64,000 bases of DNA from the human T2T-CHM13v2.0 reference genome, Homo sapiens: the NCBI RefSeq assembly GCF_009914755.1, contig NC_060935.1. The stretch is one strand, 5' to 3'. Both the position numbers and the translations under genes were made by a program. The notes beneath the pieces were generated by a model. The model did no database searches, was not told the DNA's origin, and was given only the letters and a program-made list of their open reading frames with translations. This document shows positions 1 through 12,900 of this stretch, piece by piece; positions within the stretch are counted from its first letter, which is position 1; each line of letters opens with the position of its first letter.

Positions 1-699
1 CTCTTGAATGGCCAGGCCCCATGTCCAGCCTGGATTCTCTGACACCAAGCCCCATGTGTTTTCCACTGTGCCCTGCAGTAAACAGAAGTGCTAATAAAGA
101 AGCGTGCTAATACATAATTAATCCCACCTCCATCCCTTGGGCCTTTTCTCTCTCAGACGCCCTGAGCACCGCCCAGACGTGATCTCATGTGTCCTACCAA
201 GGCCCCAGAAGAGCAGAGAGGAGGCTGGGCTCTGAGGGGCCATGGGGACTAGGAGCCAGCCTCTCCGCTGCCAGGCCCAGCCCTACTGCATGCCTGCTGC
301 CCGCCTCTCCCTCTGCTCTAGGTAGGGAAGCTGCCGAGGCTCGGGCATGTCTCAGGCACCTGCTGTCTTCCTCTGGTCTCGTGGATTGTACGAACCTGGA
401 GGAGGAAAGCAGCCGGGATTCGATGAGCCCCCATGTGGTGGGGATGTGTGCGCGCAGGGGCCCAAGGCTCTGCTTAAAGGGAAGGAGTATTGCTGAGGCT
501 TGTTCTAGTGCCTTCCTCTAAGGAACCCTCAGTATATCTTGTTTGTTCTCACATTCGAGGGAAGTTGGCAAAGGGCAGTTCTGTGTCACAGGGAAGGGGG
601 TGGATGAGGACCCCGAAAACCTGCCCTTTACCGAGTCTCACCCCCGAGCCTGCTGAGGTCACACAGCGGCAGTCAGTGGGGGGTTAGGTTTTCTTGTTT

Positions 700-1117
700 T
701 GTTTTTAGAGACAGGGTTTTGCTCTGTCACCCAGGCTTCAATGTAGTTTTGCAATCACAGCTCACAGCAGCCTGGAACTCCCCAGCTCAAGTGATCCTCC
801 TGCTTCAGCCTCCTGAGTAGCTAGGACTACAGGCATGTGCCACCATGCCCAGATAAATTTTTTTTTTTTTAATAAAGACAGGTTCCCCGTATGTTGCCCA
901 AACTATTCTCAAACTTCTGGCCTCAAGTAATTCTCCTGCGTCAGCAGCCTGAGTAGCTGGGACTATAAGCATGCACCACCACATCTGGCTAAATTAAAAA
1001 AAATTTTTTTTGTAAAAATGGGTTCTTACTAGTTTCGAACTCCTGGCCTCAGTGATCCTCCAGCCTCGGCCTCCCAAAGCATTGGGATTACAGGTGTGAG
1101 CCCCCACAGCTAGCCCA
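700..1117 (-). mobile_element. Old Alu (AluJ-like) with three monomer units
   Basis: Three consecutive antisense Alu arms, each preceded by a T-rich tract (~700, ~860, ~1005). Confidence 0.8.
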
Positions 1118-1125
1118 TGTTAGGT

Positions 1126-1155
1126 TCTCTCTCTCTTTCTCTCTCTCTCTGTCTT
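1126..1155. repeat. (CT)n microsatellite
   Basis: tctctctctctttctctctctctct seen directly. Confidence 0.85.
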
Positions 1156-2099
1156 TAACTCTGATAATTACAAGCTGAACATGTTAGGTTTCGAACTTAG
1201 TTCTGACAGATTTCAAAAGTGGGGATCATCAAAGCACTGGGCCATGGTGTGCAAATTCCTGGCCTCTCTACCTCCAGGACAATGTTGGGGCCCAGAAGAA
1301 AGTGGGTGAGAAAGATGATAGCACCTTAAGGCTCCGAGTCTTCTGTGGGATTATATTCCTGAGCCAGAGGCTGCAGACCCTTATAAACTGAGCATTGGGG
1401 GATGGGGGTAAAAGTGGATCCTAGGGAAATTAGAGATCATCTGGTCAACCCCCTCATCCTCCAGATGAAGACACTGAGTCTCTTAGAAGAGAAGTCATTT
1501 CCCCAGGTCCTTCCCCTTCTCACTTATAGCCAGGCCATGGCTGAGGTGCCCTCCGGGCCCCCGGTTGGGAGAGGGCTTCAGTCTCCTGGCTGCATCCTGA
1601 GAACGTAGCTTTCTGTGCTCTTTCCTGGAGGTGCGCCCTCCCTCCCACAGGATGCTGTACAGAGGTGGACGCAAGTCACACGGCCCCAGATGCATAGGGA
1701 GGTAGAGGGAAGCCAGGCTTGTCAATGCTAGGGAGCCCTCCAGTAGCAGGACCACTCACTGCATTACCACAGGCAAATCACCCACAGCCCCTTCCTGCCA
1801 CAGTTGCCTCATCAGTAAAATGAAGATGCCACATTTCCTCCCTGCCTCGCCCACAGCGTGGTCGTTGGTAGCCAGTGAAGTTGCATATGTGGGCAGTTCA
1901 GGATAGGGCTTTGGATCCCAGGCATGGCCAGCAGATGGTGTGGAAAGAGGCCAGGGCTGGGAGTCAGGAGCCCTGGGTTCTGGGTGCAGCTCTGCTGTGG
2001 CTCCTACGTTCTCCTGTTTCTGTCCTTCTCAGGCCGTGCTCCGAAATGGTTTCTCTTTCAGGCAGCAGGGACGTGGTGAGCTCCCCCAACCTGCCAAAC

Positions 2100-2560
2100 C
2101 TTTACTCAGTGCAGGGAACCTGGCAAGGAAGAAAACAGGCGAGACCCCTCCCCTGAGAAGCCACACCCTGGTGGAGGGAGCCAGATGGTAAACACATTCA
2201 CCAGAACTTTAGATGGTGAGAAGTGCTGATAGGAAAACTGAGTCCTATGATGGGGGCGCTTGGGGTACCTAAGATTTGGCAGGCAGGTCCCAGGAGGGGA
2301 TGTTTGAGCTAGGAGCTGAATGACAGGAGGGAGCCAGCCACGCAAAGCTCTGGGGGTGGGGGTGGGGTTGGGGTTCTCTCCAGGCTAGAGGAGGAGTGAG
2401 GACAAAGGCGTTCGGCACGCCTGGCCTGTTGCAAGAACAGAGAGAAGGCCAGGGTGCCTGGGAGGCTGGTGAGGGCAGGCAGAGGCCAGGCCACAGGGCT
2501 GGCAGGCCAACGTAAGAGGGAGAGGGCTTTCTAAGTGTGATGAACAGTGTAGAATGACTG
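2100..2560 (-). mobile_element. L2 LINE fragment
   Basis: Degenerate L2-type motifs (tttgagctaggagctgaatgacaggagggagccagcca; gagaaggccagggtgcctggg). Confidence 0.55.
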
Positions 2561-2569
2561 GAAATGGTG

Positions 2570-2643
2570 AGTGGGTGGATGGAGGATGGAGGAATGGATG
2601 GATGGATGGATGGATGGATGGATGGATGGATGGATGAATGGAT
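2570..2643. repeat. (GGAT)n tetranucleotide microsatellite
   Basis: About 10 perfect GGAT units with degenerate flanks. Confidence 0.95.
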
Positions 2644-3653
2644 TGTAGGTGCAGCTATGGGGTGATCCCTTTTCTCCCCATCATGAGGGTCATAGGCAAC
2701 ACTCCTGTAACAAAAGACAGGTTAACAAGAGGAAAGCATAACAAATGTATTTAATCAAAGTTTTACGTGACATGGGAGCCTTCAGAATGAAGATCCAAAG
2801 ATCCAGGGAAACTCCATTTTTATGCTTAAGTTTGAGGAGGAATGGGCAACTATGAAGAGCTATGATTGGACACAAAGAGTAAGACCCCATGGGAGCAGAC
2901 TGAGTGGGGAAACCCAGCAAGGCCTGCTCTCAGATCCTTCTTGGCCTCTCTGTGCTGCATTCCTTCCTTCAGGGTATGGGGCAGGATTCTGAGTGGGGGT
3001 CTTATGATCTACTATCAAACAAAGTAGGTCAGAGAATTTCTTTCTTTTTTTTTTTTTGAGATGGAGTCTCACTCTGTCACCCAGGCTGGAGTGCAATGGC
3101 ACGATCTCGGCTCATGGCACCTCTGCCTCCCGGGTTCAACAGATTCTCCTGCCTCAGCCTCCCAAGCAGCTGGGATTACAGGCGCGTGCCACCATGCCCA
3201 GCTAATTTTTTATGTTTTTGATAGAGACGGGGTTTCACCATGTTGGCCAGGCTGGTCTCGAACTCCTGACCTCAGGTGATCTGCCTGCCTCAGCCTCCCA
3301 AAGTGCTGGGATTACAGGCGTGAGCCACTGTGCCCTGCCCGACCAAAGGATTTCTTTATGGCCAGCTCTTACGCAGAAAGGCAGGAGAAGGCTAATACTT
3401 TTAGGTTTTATGGGTGGCTTTAGGGGAAAGGAGTTCTGGTTTCTGTGACCTGCCTTGGGAAAGAGGAATTCTAGTTTCTATGGCTTGCCTCTGGGGAGAG
3501 TGAGGGGTGGGGAAGAGAATTCTAGTTTCTGTGGTTTGTGTCGGGAGAGTAAGGGATAGAGACAGGAAGGCAGGAGATGTTCAGAGAAAAGCTTTGCTTC
3601 TGAGGCTGTTTGTGAGGCGTTCACTTTGGGGTACCATTTTCTGAGCCCCAACA
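2644..3653 (-). mobile_element. Solo ERV1-class LTR (MER39/MER4-group-like), interrupted by an Alu
   Basis: The minus strand begins TGTTGGGGCTCAGAAAATGGTACCCCAAAGTG and ends ...CCTACA (TG...CA termini). It resembles the MER39-type consensus as I remember it; the subfamily is unverified. Confidence 0.7.
3040..3340 (-). mobile_element. AluS nested in the LTR
   Basis: Full dimeric antisense Alu with degenerate TSD agaatttcttt / aggatttcttt. Confidence 0.95.
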
Positions 3654-6600
3654 TGTGGTTGGGAGAGTGGATGACTGGCATACAGAGACCCTCTTTCCAT
3701 TCCCCTCCTGTAGTAGGTTGAATTAACTCTGAGAGCTCCTCTGCGTAGTCCTATTCATGGTCGGGCCCGGATGGCAGGAAGAGTGGGGAGCTGAATGTTC
3801 AGGAGAAATGCCTCAAACCCCCTCAAGCACATGATTGGGAACCCTCAGCGGTGGGAGCAGAGCCCACTGACTGCTCCTGAGTGGGACTCCTGGACTGACA
3901 TCCTGACCTGCCGTGCCCGGGCTCGCCTGAGCTCGGGACTGGGCTGAGCTGAGACTGGGGGGAGGGGGAGGACACAGACTTCACCTGTGTTCACAGAGCC
4001 CAGGGCTGACTCCCGGAGCTGTTGCTCTGAGGGTGGGATGGGCAGCCCCAGGCCTCCGTTCTCAAGGCGTTCCTCTGGGATCCAGTGCCCCCTCTGCCCG
4101 CCCAATTGCACGGGCCAGACAGCTGGGGTCGTCTTTGACAGCGCCAGTGTTACAGCGAGCAGTAAACATCCTTAATACCTGCCCTGTCTGTCCCCATTTT
4201 GTCTGCTGAATTTCCATCTGGGCCACCCACTTCTCTTCACCCTCGCACCCACCTTGGCTTGTCATTCCCAGGCTCAGAGTCCAGGGCCTGGCCCTGCCAG
4301 CCTGCCTGCTTTGGCCTCCTCTCTGCTGGCCTGACTCTGGCCTTTTCTCCATCCTCCAGGCCTCCACTGTCCTCACATCCAGGCCCTGCTGCCGAGGGTA
4401 TCCTCCAGTGCTTGTTCCGCGCTGCTCTCTCCTGTGGTTGCTTCCCTCTGCTAGTCCTTCAGAAACAGCTCCAGCTCCTAGTTCTATAGGCAGCCTCCCC
4501 GCCTGAGCACGTGTCAGAGGATTTTTCTTTGTTGTATGTGAAGGTTCACTTGAAGTTTCTTTCCTTCTGGTCTGCAGGCTCCATAAGGGCTGGCACCATG
4601 TCGGCTTTTGTCACCATCCACCCAATCCCTGGCACATAGTAGGCACTCTGGTGATTTGTGGATGGATGGAGAATGGCTGCATGCACTAACTTGACTTTAA
4701 CCAGATTTCACCTGTGTTCACACCACCCAGGGCCCACCCTCAGGGCTGTTTCCAGCCTTTTCTACTCTGAGAGCCTGCCCCTGCCCTAAACCAGGGACTC
4801 TGGAACCAAGCCCTGGCCATCTGTGGGTGTTGGTGTCTTCACACCTGCCGAGGCCAGGACCACCTCCTGTCCTTGCTCCTGGGCCAGCCCAGCCTGGGGT
4901 TTGAGGCCTGGGCCTGTCTGGGATCTCTGGAGGAGGGAAGGGCTCACTCAGAAGCGTGCTACCAAATGGAAGAATGAAATCGTCAAGGACTCATCTGAGC
5001 AACTGCAGAACAGTCTAACAGGGCCCCTTTCGAAGTAGAGTACACCCCAGGGAGGCTTCCAGGGTGGTGACAAGTTTGGAAACCAGGCTGAATCAAGAAT
5101 CGAGGACAACCGTAGGACTGAGAAGTTGGGGGCGGGGAAGGGACTCAGGATCAAATGGCTTTGGAGCCTTCACCCTTGAGCTGGGCTCCAGAGGGCAGTG
5201 GGCATGGAGGAGAATGAATGGCAGCAGGTCTCAGGCTGAGCCAATGGCCCTGGGTGCCATGTCTCTTTCGGGTCTTGGGCTGGCCAGGGCTCTGCTCCCA
5301 GGGACCTGGTGTCTGCACCCCACCCATGAACATGTCGAGGTGCAAGTTGGAGGAAGCTCTAGGTTTGGAAGCCATCTCCCTCAGTGTTGGGGTTTTATCT
5401 GCTGGCCGAGGGCCCTGCTCGTGGTTGGGGGTGGGCTCTAACCTGTGAGGATTTTCTGGTCGTCAGGCTCTGTCTAAAACAGGCGGGGGGTGCACCCAGG
5501 AGGCCTCAGAGCCCATGATTCTAGGTCACCTCCCACAACATCCAGAGACAGGAGTGGTATTTATAGCAGCCGGCGGCCACTGAAGGTGGAGGAGTCAGCA
5601 TGAGCTGTGACGCAGGCTGACCCCGCCGAGGTCCCCTAGCTCTCGCTGACTCCCTTACCACCACCCCCACCCCAGAGTCTTCCTAGGACTGGGCCTGCTG
5701 AGGAAGCAGGCATTATCAGATTGCCTCCCCAAACCCTGGAGGAGACGAGGTGCCACTTTCTGCCTGGCAGGAGCCTTGGCCTCTGCCGGTCTCACCAGGA
5801 CCTTGTCTGGCTTGACAGCCCCAGCTGGGCATCCCATTAGCACTGCTGGTCTCTCTCAGACGTTGCCGTCAGCTCCTTCACGGAAAGGTTCATCCCCTGG
5901 AGTTACAGCAGCTTCACTGACCTCCCCTGGGCCAGCAGGGGTTAGCGGGAGCCTGCCTTTTCCCCACTGCGGATAGTTAGGGGGGCCGAGGGCACCAGCC
6001 CCTGGTTGACAGGGATGAAGCCCTGCCAAACTCCCGCCCCCTCCCTGCCGTGTCCTCGTGAAGTGGGAGTGAAGTGCCACTGGGGCCAGAGGGGCTGTGC
6101 CGAGCATGTGGCCCCAGCTCCACCTCCCACCACACCCTGAGCAGGTCGGGAAGCAGAGGCCGCAGAAGTGACAGCGTGACAAGGCTGGGCGAGTCTCTTG
6201 GGAAGGAAAGTGATGCCAAATTCTGGGGTCAGAGGTCGAGCAGATGGGCACTTACCTACCCAGAACAGAGTGGGTCAGTGGCCTTGCTCAGGCATGGGCA
6301 GGCAGAGGCTGGCACTTGTCAGGGGCCTGATGGGGTTCCCCTCATCGTGGAGGCCTGTTCTCCCCTCTCCTTTCCAGTCTCTATGTTGCCCAGAGCCTCC
6401 TGGCCTATTCCCCCACAGGCTGGGAGAGAGGCAGATGGAGGCCAGGGTCTTCTTGGGAACTACAGTGTAATGGAGGAGGTGAGGCAGACACACCAGAAGC
6501 ATGCAGGAAAGTGGGTCACGGGCTTACCTGGTCATTTGTGGGCTGGTTTGCCAGGGCTGGGGCTGAAGGCCAGCTGGGACAGGCACTGAGCAGGCCTCGC

Positions 6601-6862
6601 AGGCTGTGGAGGCCATGTCGGGGCGGAGTGCCCAAAGCAAGCGGGGCCATCTGGAGAGGAGGAAATGCCTGGGCATGGGGCGCACTCAGTGGCTGAGCAG
6701 GTGGAAAGACAGGAGCTGGGAGTGGGCGTGCCCGGCCGGCAGGGACAGAGTCAGACAAGGTGGAGGGTATGGGTGCTGGTGGCAGGGCTGGGCAGGGCGG
6801 GGTAGGGGTGTGGTTGGTGGAGAGCTTTATAGCTAATGGTTGGGAGTTTTAATTTTATTTAA

Positions 6863-7602
<740 letters not shown>

Positions 7603-8130
7603 TCACACTTTACAACTTTTAACTCGCTTTGTCCTCCCAGCCACCCCAAGAGGGAGGCACTGTCATCATCCTCATCCTATTTTATAGACGAGGAGAGGGC
7701 TGCGTTGTATATTGAAGGTCACAACTCTGTGGCCGTTTGAGTAAATCAAGGCACTGGGACCAAAGCCGGGTCCAGTCCTGTCCTCCACCCGGCAGCAGGG
7801 GCCTTCTGAGCCCCTGCCCCTTCCTGGAGGCCTTGTGCTTGGGTCCAGCTTTGCCCTGCCTGGGGTGATGGGAGGGGATAGGGAGGTCTGAAGGACAGAA
7901 TAGTCAGCTGTAGGCCCAGGTCTCTAAGCTTCTGGGTCAGTGACTTTTTTCTGTGGCCCCTTTTGCCCTCCTGGCTCAGGCGAGGGGAGGAAATGCTGTG
8001 ATCATTGTGTGAGCTCAGGCACCTGTATGTAGCCCCCAGGCTCTCTCCTTGGCCATTCTGCAAGTAAAACTCTAAAAGTCCAGACTAGAATGGACCTGAG
8101 AGCATATCCTGCTTAGTGGCTTTCAAACTT

Positions 8131-8400
8131 TGTTTGTTTGTTTGTTTGTTTGTTTTTTGAGACAGAGTCTAGTTCTGTCACCTAGAGCTATTTTGGGAGG
8201 CCAAGGCTGGCTGGAGTGCAATGTCGCAATCTTCGCTCACTGCAACCTCCACCTCCCGGTTCAAGCAATTATCCTGCCATAGCCTCCCAAGTAGCTGGGA
8301 TTACAGGCATGCACCACCACGCCCCGCTAATTTTTTGTAGAGACGGGGTTTCACCATGTTGGCTAGGCTGGTCTCGAACTCCTGACCTCAGGTGATCCAG
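8131..8400 (-). mobile_element. 5'-truncated AluS with (TTTG)n tail and an internal inverted insert
   Basis: Antisense Alu ending at ...ggtgatccag, with a sense-orientation Alu piece at 8186-8209. Confidence 0.9.
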
Positions 8401-9739
8401 AGCAGCTGAAAGCTGCTGTGGTTGACATTGCCTGCAAGCCCACTGAAGCCTGCCCACTATGGCCACCTCCCCTCATCTGGGGTCCCTGAGGGCTTCTGGA
8501 AACCCACTGAAGAGCACTGAGATCCCCCTCATTGAGCACAGAAGGAGAGGAGGGTGACAGAGGGAGGGGACGGGGCTGCAGCCTGTGTGCCATTGGTGGT
8601 GGCAGGTGCCACCTCCCTCTCCAGTCTCTGTGGGGGCAGGGGATGTTGGCCCTTCCTGTCACATACTAGAGCTCTGCAGAACCTCTTCCCCTGGGGAAAG
8701 AGCTCCTGTTACGAAGTCACTTGATCCCTGCTTGCTTCCGAGATGCCCGGGGTACAGTCGAAGGGAAACCCAATAGCCCAGTTGGCCAGCCTGTGCCCTA
8801 GATGGCCATGCAGCTTAGGGAGGTGGCCCACGAAGCCTCCCCACCTTTGAGCAGCAGGCACCCACACCAGCCAGACCCCGAGGGCCAACCCACAGCCTGA
8901 GGAGAGGAGGCAGCAGGACCAGGGCTCAGGGTAGGCTGGGCAAGGGGGCGGGGGCCCCAAGAGGGGAGGCATCAGGCTAGGTGTGCCCACTTAGCATATC
9001 ATTAACAGCTTCATTAGGGGGCCCCTAATGAAGTGGAAGGTACTAATTCTTCACTGAGGCGTTGCCAGCACCCAGACGGAGTCTCCTCTCAAGGCAGTTC
9101 TGAGAAGCCAGAGCGCTGGGATTCGTGCTGGGAGCTGATGAACTGCCTGGCAGGGGGGCCATCTGGGGAGTGAGGTCCCAGCAAGTGGCTCCTAGGAGAG
9201 GGGGTGACTCTGGGGGGAGGAGCAGAGGGTGGGGCCAGTGGAAAGCTGGAAGGGCAGATGGGCTTAAAGGGAGGGGGGACCGCTACCTCTCAGGGCATCC
9301 TGCGTTTGAGCTGGGAAGGGGCCTGCAATGAGACACCCTGAAACTCAAACATGCAAGCTGATAGATGCGGGGCATCCTGGCAGGATCTCAGGCTTTGGAG
9401 TGTTCTAGAGTCTTGTGGCCTTGGGCGAGAACTCTGTGGCTCAAGCTGTCCCAGGGGTGTTGGGTCCCCTCTCCCTGGGTGGTTGTGGATTAAAGGAGGC
9501 AGTGCCAGTGCGGCCGTGCTGGGCTCCTAGGAGTTGGAGCTCTCCCTTTCCAAGAAGGCAAGTCAGAGGATTATGCAGGCTGGAAGGGTGAGGGCAGGTG
9601 TGGGTCAGCCTGCTCACCTGTCTGTTTGGGAAGATTGACTTAGATCGCGGAGAGTTATTGCCCCTGCCATGCAAGGTGAGGTAAAGGTTCTGCGCACACT
9701 GGGGAGACATGGTTACTAAATCACAATGATGGCAGCTCC

Positions 9740-9920
9740 TGTTTTCTAAGAGCTGAGCACTTTATGTGCGTTATTTCGTTAACTCCTCATGACTCACTCA
9801 CTATGAAGTGAGTACCTTCATTATTCCATCTTACAGATGAGGAGACTGACGCTCAGTGAAGTGACAGTCATAGACAACTAGAAGTGATGGAACTAAGATT
9901 CAAATTCGGGCTGCCCTGCT
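9740..9920 (+). mobile_element. MIR SINE (representative; further MIR fragments near 1420, 7620, 10760, 11130, 11880, 12200, 13830, 14740, 16440, 20735, 21080, 22620, 22850, 23250, 25555, 30520, 31980, 50985, 60660, 62120, 63270)
   Basis: MIR core motif ttacagatgaggagactga...cagtgaagtgac; the other copies carry the core or its reverse complement (cctcagtttcctcatctgt). Confidence 0.75.
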
Positions 9921-12900
9921 CTGGGGCCAGAAGGCAGGCCTCGGTCAGCTCATTGGATGGCCACCCCCTCCAAGTCGCTGCCTTTGAGAGAGTCGCGTTC
10001 CCGGGAGAGTGGGGTAAAGACGTGTTAGGGCATGAGGGGACTGACCAAGAAGACCACCGGGGCAGGTAGAAAGGACGAAAACCACAGACACCCTTCCCCA
10101 CAGACAGGCAGGAGAAAACAGCCTGGTGCCACCCAGTGTGGGGCGGTGTCGGCCTTTGCGTGAGGGCTTGGAGATCCAGGCTGCCCGGCCGCACCCATCA
10201 CAGAGGCCAGCAGAACCCGCCTGTCTGGGCCTCTCCAGAGGGGATGTGGACGTGTGGGACAAGGGCTTGTTCTGAGTTTCAGAAAAATGAATAATCTCCA
10301 AGGAAGAATCCAGAAGCCAGACCTGGTCTGGCCAGAGCCTGGGGGACTCCTTCCACTGTTGGAAAACATTGTCGGAGCACAGGACTGAGTGGGCTCTGAT
10401 GTGAATCCCCCTGGGAAGAGAGGTCAGAGGAAGGCTGGGGGCAGGAGGAGGGCCCAGCCTGGTCGCCAGGGAAGGGTGCTGCTGCCCTCCTGGCCCTCAC
10501 TTCCCGCTCCCCAGCAGCCAGCCATCTTTCCAAAATAACCAGCAGGAAACGAAAGGCCTCAATTGATTCCCAGGGAGTTGGCTGGTGTCAGTAGCAGGGC
10601 TGGTGGCAGATGGCAAATTCTGCTCATTGTGGATGAGTAGAAAATAATTAGCGTGAGAACGAGTAGCTGGAGCCTTGGTAATAAATGGAGCCCTGGTGAA
10701 GCCTTCTGGGGAGAGGCCTGGAGCACAGGCCCTGCAACCTCAGGCCTGGCTCTGCCGCTGAAGAGCTGAGTGGCCTTGGGCAACTTATTTAGCCTCTCTG
10801 GGCCTCCATTTCTTCATCCATAATACAGGGCATAAGAGGTTGTTAAAAGGATTACATTAAAGGAGGTAATTTTTGTGAACTGCTTGTTAAAGTAACCAGC
10901 ATGTAGTAAATGCTATATAAGAGTTTGTTTTTAAATAAACACGATCGAGTAATTGTTGGAACTATTTCTGGGTCCGGCCCAGGCTGGCATTGCCCCCAAG
11001 TCACTGGAGCTTCTCTTTCCGTCCTCCTCCCTGAACTCTGTGCCCAGCTCCCTGACTGCTGTTTTATAGGGGAGGGGTCTCTGGCCAAGAAGCACGAGGA
11101 GGGCACAGAGAGAACACAGCAGGTAGACCTGGCTTCAGAGCCTGACTTGGACACTCACTTGCTAGCTTCTTTAAATTCTTGGAGCCTCAGTTTCCCGATC
11201 CATGACATGCGAACAGCTAGACCCACCCCTGGGGTTGTAGTGAGGATGGTTATGTGGCTGGCACATGGTGAGGGGTGGAGGAGGTGCCTCCTCTGGTCCT
11301 TCCAGGCCATCCTGGGGGAGAGTGGGAAAGGCGTTTGTTAGCCTAAGACCCTGGGCGGCGGGTAGGAGGGGACAAATGTCAGTGGCCTCCCACTCCTGCC
11401 CCTGGCTGCACAAGGCACACTGTTTTCATCCCTAGGCCTGGGCGTGTGAGGACCTATCTCATGCTGAAATCTGGCCCCAGTCCTGGGCAGGCTCCGCTCT
11501 GCCTTCTGCTCTAGCGCAGCTGATGTGTGAAAAGCGACAGCTTTCAGGCCCCTAACTTGGGTTGCACACACCCAGGTACAGGCTGGTGGCGCACGTGGCC
11601 CCCAGCCCACACGTGCTTTCTCTCCGTCGTCTCCCTTGCCACCTCTCCCCTCCTGTGCTTTCAGAGGCCAGCCTCTCGGCCACTGGGAAGAAGGGGAAGG
11701 TACTGTAGCCCCGGGAGCCTGGGGTGGGACCTGTGGGTCCTACTGTCTCTGTGTTTGTGACAATAAGGAGTCAGACTGACAGGCAGAGAGGGTATTTTTT
11801 TCTTGCAAGTAGTTCAAGGAAGCTACTTGAAATCCCAGCTCTGCGATGTCCTCGTGGAGGGATCTTCGTGCAAACCATTTTGCCTCTCTGAGCCTTGGTT
11901 TCTTCATCTGTAAAGTTGGGGTAATACCCTGTGGCCTGATGAGGCTGGAGGTGGATGACACATAGTGTTTCTAGTGCCTTGCTCTCTCCCGACTCCACAG
12001 CCTGCTCCGTGGAATTCCCCTGGGCTCAGTTTTCCTCATCTGCAGAATGGGTCCCGTGCTATCCCACATGATTGTGAGTCTGAAGCTAGATGAAGACCCA
12101 GAGAGCTCCTCAGTCTGTAAGAAGAGGCTTAGAGCCAGCTTTTGAGTTCAGAAACAGGCATTTAGCTGAATCCTGCTTCTCAGAAACAGCATGCAGAGGT
12201 AAAGACCTGGGTTCTGGGCCTAGGCTGTGTGGCTGTGGGCAAGTCACTTCAGCTCATCTGTCAAATAAGGGGAAGGGTAGTACCTACCTCACAGAGCTGT
12301 TATGAGGACTAGGTGAGTTCATGTTTGTAAAGGGCATAGATGTGCGCCGAGACCTTGTAGGCAATTCATAAATGTTAGGAGAACCGAAGCAGCCCAGTCC
12401 CCAACTTATAGGTGGCTGAGATCATTCTGTCCCTGTCACTACCCAGGATCCTGGAGCCTGCAGTTTCACCAGTGCAGAGAGGTTAACTCGCTACCACAGT
12501 CCTGCAGCCACAGTGAACAGCTGGAATCTCACCACGACCAAAGCCTGTGCTAAAGAGAGCAGGACCTGTCTGCCAGCCCAGCGAGGCCAGACAGCGACCT
12601 GCTGGTGAGCCCACCCTAGCTGGGGTGGAGCCTCTGAACACAACGCCTCTGCTGGGGGGCGGGCCACCAGTGTCCTGCGGGGCACCACTGGGGGGCCCAG
12701 CCTCACTGTGCTGAGTCCCGCAGATCAGATGCCCACCCCCAGACCAGATAAGCTCCAGTGCCCAACAAGGCACATTCAAAATCGGATGGACCACGAGAGC
12801 ATAGCAGGCAGTAGGCATCAGTTCCTCTCCACTATTTTGGACCACCTTCCAATTTCAAAGCCCTTTCACATAGGAATCCCATTCGTCATGGAAATGGGAG

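Noticed and set aside
3061-3448. Alu-derived ORFs (also at 6890, 7227, 20095, 40547, 42063, 49376, 58074, 62578)
   Set aside because: Typical Alu translations (LECSG..., [12 protein letters not shown]), not genes.
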